In this document: positions 36,196 through 45,286 of the stretch, piece by piece | How positions within the stretch are numbered: position 1 is the stretch's first letter | Layout of the letters: each line of letters opens with the position of its first letter | DNA from: Deinococcus sp. | GTDB lineage: Bacteria > Deinococcota > Deinococci > Deinococcales > Deinococcaceae | Reading direction: 5' to 3' | DNA length: 64,000 bases | NCBI GenBank assembly: GCA_965261005.1 | Contig: OZ253375.1 | Location: 2,624,001-2,688,000, forward strand | Notes under the pieces: generated by a model | The model's input: the letters and a program-made list of their open reading frames with translations, nothing else | Databases searched by the model: none | What the model was told of the DNA's origin: nothing | Program-made: the position numbers and the translations under genes

Positions 36196-37218
36196 ATGGA
36201 CCAGAAAGACGCCCCCAACCCCTCACGTCGCCGGGTGCTCGGCAAGATCACCGGCGGCTTGCTGGCCGCCTACGCGGCGCCGGCCCTCGCGCAGCAGGGC
36301 GTCGCCCCAGCCACATCGGGCCAGATGCCGCGCCAGGACGTCAAGCAGAATCCCGTCACCCAGTATCCCAGGCCGCCCTTTCCCAGGCAAACCCAGCCGT
36401 GGCCCGGCCTCGCCAGCAAGATGGTGCCGCGCCCCGACCACGGCGAGACCACCTACCAAGGGACCGGGCGCCTGCTGGGCCGCAAGGCCCTGATCACCGG
36501 GGGTGACAGCGGCATCGGCCGCGCCGTCGCCATCGCCTTCGCGCGCGAGGGGGCCGACGTGGCGATCAACTACCTCCCCGCCGAGGAGAGCGACGCCCGC
36601 GAGGTGGTCGCGCTGATCAAGGCCGCCGGCCGCAAGGCGGTGCCCATTCCCGGCGACATTCGTGACGAGGCGTTTTGCAAGCAACTGGTGTCGCAGGCGG
36701 TGAGCCAACTCGGCGGCCTCGACATCCTGGTCAACAACGCGGCCCGCCAGCACTCGGTGGACAAGATCGAGGACCTCACAACCGAGCTGTTCGATTGGAC
36801 CCTCAAGACCAACCTCTACGCGATGTTCTGGATCACCAAGGCGGCCCTGCCGCACATGGGACCGGGGGCGGCCATTATCAACACGGCCTCCGAGCAGGCC
36901 TACGACCCCTCGGCGAACTTGGTGGACTACGCCCAGACCAAGGCGGCCATCGTGAACTTCTCCAAATCGATGGCCAAGCAGCTGGCCAAGCAGGGCGTTC
37001 GCGTGAACGCGGTGGCGCCCGGCCCGATCTGGACACCCCTTCAGCCGAGCGGCGGCACGCCCCCGGAGAAGATCGTGACCTTTGGCGCCAGCACGCCCAT
37101 CGGCCGCGCCGGCCAGCCCGCCGAGTTGGCCCCGGTCTACGTGACCCTGGCCGCACAGGAATCGAGCTACGCCACCGCCCAGGTGTACGGCGTCAACGGC
37201 GGCCACGGCGAGCCGTAA
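36196..37218 (+). CDS. YghA-like SDR oxidoreductase with a twin-arginine-like signal
   Basis: PDHGETTY, TGGDSGIG, YAQTK; N-terminal SRRRVLG...ALA. Confidence 0.9.
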   Translation: MDQKDAPNPSRRRVLGKITGGLLAAYAAPALAQQGVAPATSGQMPRQDVKQNPVTQYPRPPFPRQTQPWPGLASKMVPRPDHGETTYQGTGRLLGRKALITGGDSGIGRAVAIAFAREGADVAINYLPAEESDAREVVALIKAAGRKAVPIPGDIRDEAFCKQLVSQAVSQLGGLDILVNNAARQHSVDKIEDLTTELFDWTLKTNLYAMFWITKAALPHMGPGAAIINTASEQAYDPSANLVDYAQTKAAIVNFSKSMAKQLAKQGVRVNAVAPGPIWTPLQPSGGTPPEKIVTFGASTPIGRAGQPAELAPVYVTLAAQESSYATAQVYGVNGGHGEP

Positions 37219-37236
37219 CGTTAAGGAGCTATTGAC

Positions 37237-38139
37237 ATGACCGACATGAACAAGAACGTGACCAACTACGGCCGCCTTGCGGGCAAGGTCGCCATCGTGA
37301 CCGGGGCCGCCACCGGTATCGGCGAGGCCATCGCGCACAAATTCGCCCGCGAGGGGGCGAAGGTCATTGTGGCCGGCTTGCCGAGTGACCCGGTGGACGA
37401 CGTGGTAAGCGCCATCAAGCAGCAGGGCTTCGAGGCGACCGGCTTCAAAGGGGACGTGAGCGACGAGAAGGAGGCCCAAAACTGCGTGCAGGTGGCCCTC
37501 GACGCCTACGGGCAGCTCGACGTGCTGGTGAACAACGCGGGCGTCTTTCTCGCCACCGCCGAGACGGACCAGTACCCCATTGACAAGTTCGACCAGACGC
37601 TGCGCGACAATTTGCGCTCCACCTTTTTGATGACGCGCTTCGCGCTGCCCCACCTGCAAAAGACGCGCGGCAACATCGTGACCGCCGGCAGCGAGGCAGG
37701 CTTCAACGGCGAAGCGCAGAACACCCCTTACGGCGGCACCAAGGGCTTCAACCACGCTTTTATGATGGGCGTCGCGGTGGAGCAGGCCAAGCACGGCGTG
37801 CGCGCCAACTGCGTCTGCCCCGGCCCCATCGACACCGCCTGGACCCACCAAGAGACCGGGCCGATGGACGCCCAGATGGAAAAGCAGACGGTGAACTCCA
37901 CCGCCCTGGGCCGGCGCGGCACCCCCGAGGAGATGGCCAACGTCTACGCCTTTTTGGCTTCCGACGAGGCCAGCTACGTCACCGGCGCGCTGTGGCTCGC
38001 CGATGGCGGCGTGACCCCGGCCAAGGGCAGTGTCGGCTCGCAGGTCCCGGCCGAACTCAAGCGGGAGCCGCAGGGCCAACTGATGCTCAGCCACTCGCGG
38101 GACGGCCTCAGCAACAAGGACACCGAGGCCGTCAAGTAA
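37237..38139 (+). CDS. SDR oxidoreductase
   Basis: TGAATGIG, NNAG, YGGTK. Confidence 0.92.
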   Translation: MTDMNKNVTNYGRLAGKVAIVTGAATGIGEAIAHKFAREGAKVIVAGLPSDPVDDVVSAIKQQGFEATGFKGDVSDEKEAQNCVQVALDAYGQLDVLVNNAGVFLATAETDQYPIDKFDQTLRDNLRSTFLMTRFALPHLQKTRGNIVTAGSEAGFNGEAQNTPYGGTKGFNHAFMMGVAVEQAKHGVRANCVCPGPIDTAWTHQETGPMDAQMEKQTVNSTALGRRGTPEEMANVYAFLASDEASYVTGALWLADGGVTPAKGSVGSQVPAELKREPQGQLMLSHSRDGLSNKDTEAVK

Positions 38140-38167
38140 AGCTTGAGTTCTATTGCGGCCGGGCGCT

Positions 38168-38635
38168 CTACGCGCCCGGCCGCAATACGTGTGTCAGGCA
38201 GTGGCCGTAGTCCACCCCGGCGCGGGCGTCCTCCACCAGGTCGGCCACGCTGAACTCCTGCAACACGCCCAGCATGGCGTCGCGCATGCGGGTGTAGACC
38301 GTTCCCCGCGCGTGACAGCGGTCCTCTTCCACGCAGGTCTCGTGCCAATTGAGCGAGATGCACGACAAGGGCGCCACCGGCCCGTCCACCGCGCGCACCA
38401 CCTCGCACAAGCTGATCAGCTGCGGCCGGCGCGCCAGGGCGTAGCCGCCGCCCAGCCCCTTTTTGGACTTCACCACCCCTTTGTTCGACAGCATGGCCAG
38501 AATGCGCACCAGGTAGGGCCGCGCCACCCGCGTCCGCTCGCTGATCTCGTCGCTGCTGACCCAGCGGCCAGCTTCCTGCAACCCCAGGTAGCCCAGCGCC
38601 TGAAAAGCGTAGATGTCCGTCGAGGAAAGCCGCAT
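38168..38635 (-). CDS. Rrf2-family transcriptional regulator
   Basis: [13 protein letters not shown], three C-terminal Cys. Confidence 0.9.
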   Translation of the reverse strand: MRLSSTDIYAFQALGYLGLQEAGRWVSSDEISERTRVARPYLVRILAMLSNKGVVKSKKGLGGGYALARRPQLISLCEVVRAVDGPVAPLSCISLNWHETCVEEDRCHARGTVYTRMRDAMLGVLQEFSVADLVEDARAGVDYGHCLTHVLRPGA

Positions 38636-38671
38636 GGCCCATGCTACGGCGACACAAGCTGAACAACGCGC

Positions 38672-39058
38672 TTACCACAAGGTTTCGATTGCGTACCGCC
38701 CGACCACGGGATCGTTCGTCACCAGAACGAGGTCTTCGAGTTGCGCCTGAGCGACCAGCAGACGGTCGAACGGGTCGGCGTGGTGAGGCGGCAGGCCGAA
38801 CTCGTGAACGGCGTGCGCCAGCGTGATGGGCAAGGCCGCGAAGCCGTGCCTTGACATCAAGCGCGTCATGAACTTGGCCGGCTCCTCGGGTAGGGGCAGC
38901 TTGCCCAGGCGCGCCTTGATCGAAATTTCCCAGCCGTTCACGGCGCTCACGTATACGTCGTTGTCCCCGCTCGCGATGGCGCCGCGCGCCGCGCCGGAAA
39001 GCTGGGGGTCGTTCGCGGACCACCATAAAAAAGTGTGGGTGTCGAGCAGCAGCCTCAC
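38672..39058 (-). CDS. vapC: VapC-family PIN toxin
   Basis: LLLDTHTFLW, WEI, HADPFDRLLVAQA. Confidence 0.92.
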   Translation of the reverse strand: MRLLLDTHTFLWWSANDPQLSGAARGAIASGDNDVYVSAVNGWEISIKARLGKLPLPEEPAKFMTRLMSRHGFAALPITLAHAVHEFGLPPHHADPFDRLLVAQAQLEDLVLVTNDPVVGRYAIETLW

Positions 39059-39285
39059 TCCCCAAAGGCCCTCAGCAAGTCTTCCGGCAGCGGGTCAAAA
39101 AACGCCTTCGGCACGCTGAGACCTTCCGCACCGCCCGGCTCACGCGTCCCACGCCTGACCAAGGGGCTGAGCCGCGCGATGGGTTCGCCCGCCCGCGCGA
39201 TGATGACCTCCTCCCCGAGAGCGACCCGTTCGAGCAGCTTGGAGAAGTGTGTCTTCGCTTCGTGGATGTTGACGGTCATGGTCAT
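39055..39285 (-). CDS. Phd/YefM-family antitoxin
   Basis: VNIHEAKTHFSKLLERV..GEEVII. Confidence 0.92.
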   Translation of the reverse strand: MTMTVNIHEAKTHFSKLLERVALGEEVIIARAGEPIARLSPLVRRGTREPGGAEGLSVPKAFFDPLPEDLLRAFGE

Positions 39286-39314
39286 GAACCGAGTATAGAC
39301 TAAGCAGTGGACTC

Positions 39315-39468
39315 ACTACAGCGTCAACTAAAATTTGCGTCCTACACGCCCTTCCTGAAGCTTTGCTCCCCTCTCCCTTGCGAGAGAGGCCGGGGGTGAG
39401 GGGTTCCACCGGTAAGCTCGCAGAACAAATCCCACCAGCATGCCTCAGAATTCAGTTGACGCTGTAGT
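39315..39468. mobile_element. MITE-like non-coding element
   Basis: 15-bp perfect terminal IRs ACTACAGCGTCAACT/AGTTGACGCTGTAGT; internal GC-rich hairpin. Confidence 0.6.
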
Positions 39469-39538
39469 CATCGCCCTCACTCTAACGGTTTGCCCACCGA
39501 GCGAATGACGTCCCCTTCGCGCCCCAAAGCGGACAGGA

Positions 39539-40366
39539 TCACCACATGCTCAGCCCGCCATTCACCGGCAGGTACACGCCCGTCACGAACCCCGCCTGCG
39601 CCGAGGCGAGCAGCAGAATGGCGCCCGCCACATCCTCGGGGGTGGCGATGCGCCGCAGCGGCGTCATCTGGGCCAGCATCGCGCTTGGGTTAGGGGGTCC
39701 TCCCGCCGCGCTTCCCGTTTGGTCCTCGCTCCAAAAGGCGGTGCTCGCCTCGGTCTGCACCAAGCCTGGCGCCACGGCGTTCACGCGAATGCCGTGCGGG
39801 CCGAGTTCGGACGCGAGCGAGCGCGTCAGGGCGTCCACCGCCGCCTTGCCGCTGGAGTGGCCCGCCATGCCCTCGCGGGTCGTGCGCGACAGCCCGCTGC
39901 TGACGTTGATGATCGCCCCCGTGCCGCGCGCGATCATCGAGGGCGCCACCGCCCCCACCGGATAAAAGACGGCCTTGGTCTCGCCGGTCAGCACATCCTC
40001 GTATTCCTCCCAAGACAGCTCCGTAAAGGGCTTGACCGTGAAGGTCCTCACCGCGTCGGCGTTGCATACCAAGATGTCAATGGGGCCGAGGGCGGTCTCG
40101 ACCTCGCGCGCCATATGTTCCACCTCGCCCATGTCGCCCACGCTGCCGCGCACCGCCAGCGCCCACCCGCCGTCCGCCTCGATGTCGGCCACGACCTGCT
40201 CGGCGCGCGCCGCGCTCGAAACGTAGTTGACGCCCACGCTGGCGCCGTGCCGCGCGAACAGCCGGGCCGTGGCCGCGCCAATGCCACGGCTCGCGCCCGT
40301 CACCAGAGCCACCTTGCCTTGCAGCAAAGGCCCTGCGGGAAGCGTTGAAAAAGTTGGAGAGGTCAT
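39539..40366 (-). CDS. SDR oxidoreductase (FabG-like; HxxxK instead of YxxxK)
   Basis: TGASRGIG, GHSSGK, VNAVAPG. Confidence 0.88.
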   Translation of the reverse strand: MTSPTFSTLPAGPLLQGKVALVTGASRGIGAATARLFARHGASVGVNYVSSAARAEQVVADIEADGGWALAVRGSVGDMGEVEHMAREVETALGPIDILVCNADAVRTFTVKPFTELSWEEYEDVLTGETKAVFYPVGAVAPSMIARGTGAIINVSSGLSRTTREGMAGHSSGKAAVDALTRSLASELGPHGIRVNAVAPGLVQTEASTAFWSEDQTGSAAGGPPNPSAMLAQMTPLRRIATPEDVAGAILLLASAQAGFVTGVYLPVNGGLSMW

Positions 40367-40461
40367 GCGTCCAGGCTAGGCTGGGGCCTCGTCCGCGAAG
40401 TGTGAAGGGAAGAGGGATGGCTTCACCCCAGCCAACGGCCATCAACACGGCCCAGAAGAAC

Positions 40462-40818
40462 CTAGAGAATCGCGAGGCCGCACAGGAGGTGCACGAGCGC
40501 CCCGACAGACGCGCCCACCACCATCCCCCGTTCCCTCTTCCCGACCGCAATGGCGGCGTCCACGGCTTGAATGGCTGCGGCGGTGAAGAGGACCCACGCG
40601 GCGGCCGGCCCTCCGGGCCAAAACGGCAAAACTCCGGCCGCCAGCCCGAACGGAATGGAGCGCGCGGCGTACATCCGCACGTAGAAGAGTTCACCGCTTC
40701 CAACCTGGCCCGAACCGGAAAGAGCTGCCGGCCGGATGAGCGCAATCCCTGCCGCCACCGCCGAGGCCAGGGAGACGAGGAGGTTCAAGAAAAGCAGGAT
40801 GGTCGGCATTGCCAACAC
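40462..40818 (-). CDS. Small membrane protein
   Basis: Four hydrophobic segments, MYAARS, IQAVD. Confidence 0.65.
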   Translation of the reverse strand: MLAMPTILLFLNLLVSLASAVAAGIALIRPAALSGSGQVGSGELFYVRMYAARSIPFGLAAGVLPFWPGGPAAAWVLFTAAAIQAVDAAIAVGKRERGMVVGASVGALVHLLCGLAIL

Positions 40819-40890
40819 CTTACGCTTGTGGCAGGAACGCGCCGGGCAGCTTTGGGGCGTAGCCGGGCCAGCGCGTTCTTAGCACGGAAC

Positions 40891-42129
40891 TCACGGCAGC
40901 ATAAACGCTCCCGCGAACGCCTTTACCTCCGCCCGCACCGTCCCCGCGTCCTCGCCGCGCAGCACCCGGTCGGTCAATTCGGCGACTTTTTCCATGTCGG
41001 CCTCGACCATGCCGCGCGTGGTGACGGCCGGGGTGCCCAGGCGAATGCCGCTGCCGTAAAAGGGCTTTTCCGGGTCGTAGGGGATGGTGCTCTTGGAAAC
41101 CGTGATGTGGGCGGCGTCGAGCATCTTGCTGGCCTTGTGTCCGGTCAGGTTCAGGCCGCGCAGGTCCAGCAGCAGCAGGTGGTTGTCGGTGCCGCCAGAC
41201 ACCACCCGGTAGCCTCTCTCCACGAAGGCGGCGCTCAGGGCGCGGGCGTTCTGGATGATCTGCCGGCTGTACGCCCCAAACTCGGGCTGAAGCGCCTCGA
41301 AAAAGGCCACCGCCTTGCCGGCGATGACGTGTTCCAGGGGGCCGCCCTGGGTGCCGGGAAAGATCATGCGGTCCACCTTCGCGCCGATCTCCTCGTCGTT
41401 GGAGAGGATCAGGCCGCTTCTGGGGCCGCGCAGGGTCTTGTGGGTGGTGGTCGTGACGACGTGGGCATGCGGCACGGGGCTGGGGTGCAGCCCGGCGGCG
41501 ACCAGGCCCGCGATGTGGGCGATGTCGGCCATCAGGTAGGCGCCCACCTCGTCGGCAATTTCCCTGAAGGCCGCAAAATCTATCGGGCGCGAGTAGGCGC
41601 TGGCCCCCGCGATCAGCAGCTTGGGCTTGTGCTCGCGCGCCAGGTCGCGGACCACCTGCATATCTAATCTCTCACTCTCACGGTCCACCGGGTAGGCCAC
41701 CACGTCGTAGTTGAGGCCCGAGAAGTTGACCGGGCTGCCGTGCGTCAGGTGGCCGCCGTGGCTGAGGTCCATGCCCATAATGCGGTCACCGGGGGAGAGC
41801 AGCGCGGCGTACACGGCGATGTTGGCGCCTGACCCCGAGTGCGGCTGCACGTTGGCCCAACTCGCGCCGAAGAGTTCCCTCGCCCGCGAGATCGCGAGGC
41901 GCTCCACCTGGTCCACCACCTCGCAGCCGCCGTAATAGCGCTTGCCGGGATAGCCCTCGGCGTACTTGTTGGTCAGGACGCTGCCCACCGCCTCGCGCAC
42001 GTCCGCGCTGACGAAGTTTTCGGAGGCGATCAATTCCAGGCCCTCGCGCTGGCGCCGTTCCTCTTGGGCAATCAGGTCGAATATTTTGGTGTCAGGGTCT
42101 CGTGTCTGCGCTGCGGTGGTTCGGGTCAT
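40891..42129 (-). CDS. glyA: Serine hydroxymethyltransferase
   Basis: [33 protein letters not shown]. Confidence 0.97.
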   Translation of the reverse strand: MTRTTAAQTRDPDTKIFDLIAQEERRQREGLELIASENFVSADVREAVGSVLTNKYAEGYPGKRYYGGCEVVDQVERLAISRARELFGASWANVQPHSGSGANIAVYAALLSPGDRIMGMDLSHGGHLTHGSPVNFSGLNYDVVAYPVDRESERLDMQVVRDLAREHKPKLLIAGASAYSRPIDFAAFREIADEVGAYLMADIAHIAGLVAAGLHPSPVPHAHVVTTTTHKTLRGPRSGLILSNDEEIGAKVDRMIFPGTQGGPLEHVIAGKAVAFFEALQPEFGAYSRQIIQNARALSAAFVERGYRVVSGGTDNHLLLLDLRGLNLTGHKASKMLDAAHITVSKSTIPYDPEKPFYGSGIRLGTPAVTTRGMVEADMEKVAELTDRVLRGEDAGTVRAEVKAFAGAFMLP

Positions 42130-42145
42130 AAGGTCTCCTGTTGAA

Positions 42146-42300
42146 GGCAATGGGTCTGGCTTATCTTGATGCTCCTACGGCTAAAGCGCTTGGGATTCCT
42201 GCTTCAGCGAACGCTGCTCGCTTGTGGCGAGGCTGATGTGTTCATCTACAGGCGTTTCCTCGGTTTCCCGAGCCGTTCCCGACCATCCGGCGGTACGGCG
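42146..42300 (-). ncRNA. Predicted TnpB omega/reRNA (right end plus guide); 5' limit approximate
   Basis: Right-end-like GAATCCC...CTTTAG...GGAGCATCAA ending at 42166; guide would be the downstream flank. Confidence 0.5.
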
Positions 42301-43437
42301 TCCAACTTTCAGGATGTTGATGGCAGCGTTGTGGTCACGGTCAAGGTTGACGCCCCATCCGCACACATGCCGCCTGACCTGCAAATCTTTCTTGACCGTC
42401 TGTCCACATCCCGAACAGATTTGCGTCGTATACGCCGGGTTGACCGCAACCGTCACCTTGCCGAAGACATGCGCGAAATACTCAAGCCAGTTGCGGAACA
42501 TGCTCCAACTGGCATCGCTGATGCTTTTGGCGAGACGGCGATTCCTGACCATGTTTCGCACCTTCAAATCTTCATAGGCAATCAGGTCATGAGACGCTAC
42601 AACGCACCGCGCCAGCTTTACGGCGTGGTCTTTACGCTGCCTAGAGACCCGAAGGTGCTTCCGGGCGAGGATATTGCGAGCCTTCTTGCGGTTGTTGCTC
42701 CTCTTCTTCTTCCGGCTGACCCGGCGTTGTGCCCGCTTGAGGGCACGCTCAGCTTTCCGCAAGAAGCGGGGGTTGGGTTCCTCATCGCCGTTGCTATCCG
42801 TGTAGAACGACTTCAGCCCCACGTCCAATCCCAGCGTCTTGCCGCTGGGAGCAAGGTCAATGACCCGCTCCACGTCAATGAGGAACTGAACGTAGTAGCC
42901 GTCTGCTCGCCGCACGATGCGAACCCGCTTGATGGATTCATTCGGGTAGAGCGTCAAGTCCCAGCTTCCCCGGAACTTCATGCGCCCGATTCCAAAGCCG
43001 TCAGTAAACGCGATGCTCTTGTTCACCGCGTCAAGCTTCCACCCGCTCTGCTTGTACTCAACCGAGCGAACGTTCTTCTTGAAGCGCGGGTAGCCGACGG
43101 GACGCACGCCGTCTTGGACAGAACGTGGCGGTCGGCAAGCCGAGCCTTGGCACCTACCGGGCCTGCCCGCTTTCTTGTGATGCTCAAAGAAACGGGAGAT
43201 GGCGCTCCAGGCCCGCTCGCCCGCCGCTTGAACGGCGGTGGAGTTGAGCTTCTTGCACCACGGATACTCGGCGCGCAACTTCGTCGTGTGCTTGTACACG
43301 TCGTTCTTGCTGACCTTCTCGCCGTCCATCCAGAAGCGAACGCAGGCGTTGCGGACGAACTGCGCGGTGCGGATGGCTTCATCCATCAGCCCACGTTGCC
43401 CACTGCTCGGCCTGAGTTTGCATTCCAGCGCAATCAC
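42181..43437 (-). CDS. tnpB: TnpB RNA-guided endonuclease (IS200/IS605 family, no tnpA)
   Basis: GYPRFKK; RuvC GLDVGL, YEDL, DRDHNAA; Zn-finger CSGC. Confidence 0.92.
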   Translation of the reverse strand: MIALECKLRPSSGQRGLMDEAIRTAQFVRNACVRFWMDGEKVSKNDVYKHTTKLRAEYPWCKKLNSTAVQAAGERAWSAISRFFEHHKKAGRPGRCQGSACRPPRSVQDGVRPVGYPRFKKNVRSVEYKQSGWKLDAVNKSIAFTDGFGIGRMKFRGSWDLTLYPNESIKRVRIVRRADGYYVQFLIDVERVIDLAPSGKTLGLDVGLKSFYTDSNGDEEPNPRFLRKAERALKRAQRRVSRKKKRSNNRKKARNILARKHLRVSRQRKDHAVKLARCVVASHDLIAYEDLKVRNMVRNRRLAKSISDASWSMFRNWLEYFAHVFGKVTVAVNPAYTTQICSGCGQTVKKDLQVRRHVCGWGVNLDRDHNAAINILKVGRRTAGWSGTARETEETPVDEHISLATSEQRSLKQESQAL

Positions 43438-43868
43438 CCCTTTAGTCTGCGGTCTCTACACCGTCAAGTCCAGCGTAAAAAGGCCAAGCTTCGGATTCAG
43501 CCCTCAGCTTCGGCACCGCTCAACGAGTCGGGCGAAGCCTGCCTCTTGCAGCGGTCAGGTGTATGTTTCGATTTTGTGCAGCATTGTGCGGTCCGCAGGG
43601 GTATTGGACGTGCCACAGTTCCGTTTTTGAACTGATCCGTAACGCCCGAGTTGCCCACACCTCGCGCCCAGCTTATGCTGGAAGTGAAAGGAGAAGTTTT
43701 TAACACTTTTTGCGAGCGGATCACCTGGGATTCCGCTTCTCGCGATTGGGTGGTCTGTCCTCATTTGGGCGACTGAGCCGTGATTCTCGACTCAATCGAG
43801 ACTTATGGTCGGTTCCACCCTGTCCTCTTATAAAAGAGTTGTCTTCTCCCGCCTGACCAGAGGTTCTG

Positions 43869-44852
43869 ATGATGAAAGTTCGCATGTTTGGCTTGCTGTT
43901 CGGCATCCTCGCCCTCGCCTCCTGCGGTCAGCAATTCTCCAACCCGGACGCAACGCTCACGCCCGACACCGACGTTGTAGCCAGCGCTCCTGACGTCGCT
44001 CCTCCCACAGAGATCACGCCTGCTCCCGCGGCTCCGGCTCCAACCGAGAGTTCTGCGGAAGGGGCCATCAATCCCTGGCTCGCGGCGAACTTCGCCACCG
44101 CTTCGGTGAGCACGGGCAGCTCTATGGAGAGTGCGTCTACCGATACCGCCTTTTCGATGCTCACGGGTAACTTCAAGAAGCGCACGTCCGTCGAAGCTCC
44201 GGCGCTCGTCATCAATGCCACCGCGTGCTGTAGCAAGTACGGCTTTCAGGTTGTTGACGCCGTGGCACCCTACGACCGACGGGTGGCGTTCGTGAACGTC
44301 ACGATCAAGGACCTCGTCAGCTTGGACGCGTTTGGCGGCGCCATCTCCACGACCAGAAAATACCCAGGAATGGTCATGTTCCTGTCCAATGTACGAATTG
44401 ACCCCAAGTGGCCGATGTGGAAATCGTACAGCAAGACCAATTATGACGGCATGGTTTTGGACGCGTCGGCCGCGACTTACGCCGAGGATCTCACAATCAC
44501 CAACTGGAACGCCGATACCGCAATGGACATCAAGTCTAAGGTGGCCCAACTGGTGCGCACGAAGATCGAGGGTCCTGGCCACCGTTCCCTTCGGTACTGG
44601 GGTTCAGGCCCTTATTACATCGTGGATTCCAACATCAGCAATCCGGGGACTGTGGGCGGAGGTACCCTAATCTGGGTCAAGGATTGCCGCAACGCGATCT
44701 TCAACATCTACAACTCGCAGTTCAACGGGTCGTCCAAGATTCCCGCCGACAAGCTTCAGTGCGACGCGGGAAAGAAGAGCGACCTCAAAGTGAACTACCT
44801 GACCCGCGATCCGAAAACGACGGGCGAGATGCACCCCATGCTTTCACACTGA
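43869..44852 (+). CDS. Lipoprotein of unknown function
   Basis: Lipobox LASC, P/A/T/S-rich linker, beta-rich C-terminal domain. Confidence 0.8.
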   Translation: MMKVRMFGLLFGILALASCGQQFSNPDATLTPDTDVVASAPDVAPPTEITPAPAAPAPTESSAEGAINPWLAANFATASVSTGSSMESASTDTAFSMLTGNFKKRTSVEAPALVINATACCSKYGFQVVDAVAPYDRRVAFVNVTIKDLVSLDAFGGAISTTRKYPGMVMFLSNVRIDPKWPMWKSYSKTNYDGMVLDASAATYAEDLTITNWNADTAMDIKSKVAQLVRTKIEGPGHRSLRYWGSGPYYIVDSNISNPGTVGGGTLIWVKDCRNAIFNIYNSQFNGSSKIPADKLQCDAGKKSDLKVNYLTRDPKTTGEMHPMLSH

Positions 44853-44904
44853 TCGTTTCGGCCGCAGAACTGCGCTCAGAACTTACGGGCCGTGTTGAAG
44901 ACAA

Positions 44905-44942
44905 AGGGGGGCGCCGTGGCAGACTAGCCACGGCGCCCCCCT
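44905..44942. terminator. Perfect 16-bp hairpin (terminator-like)
   Basis: aggggggcgccgtggc-agacta-gccacggcgcccccct. Confidence 0.6.
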
Positions 44943-45286
44943 GCTCTCCCAGCGCCACGGGACCCAGCGCTGTGGCCTCCAGCAGCCACGGCCCGAGCGG
45001 CAAGCTTCCCAACGTCGCCTGCGCCCGCCGCAGCCCGATGGCGTTGTTCTTCCGCTTGTTTCGCAGGGCGTTCAGCAGCGCCTTGTCGTTTTGGTTGGAG
45101 CTGCGCGCCAGGTGCTTGAGCGCTCTCATAGCGTTGGTGTCACGCGCCCAGCCTTCCAAGCGACCGGGCGCGTTGCGGGCGAAGCGGCGCACGCTGTCGG
45201 CGTTCCAGACCTTGTCAGCAGATGTGCTTCATGCGAACGGTAATCACTGAACCAACGTCTCCGAGGACTTCAATTGCTCTTGGATC

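Noticed and set aside
36223..38094. 623-aa minus-strand ORF
   Set aside because: Antisense to two well-supported SDR genes
42166..43635. 489-aa plus-strand ORF
   Set aside because: Antisense to tnpB; no independent evidence of coding
43470..43800. ZTP (pfl) riboswitch for glyA displaced by TnpB
   Set aside because: I could not find the conserved core by eye; an Infernal search is needed
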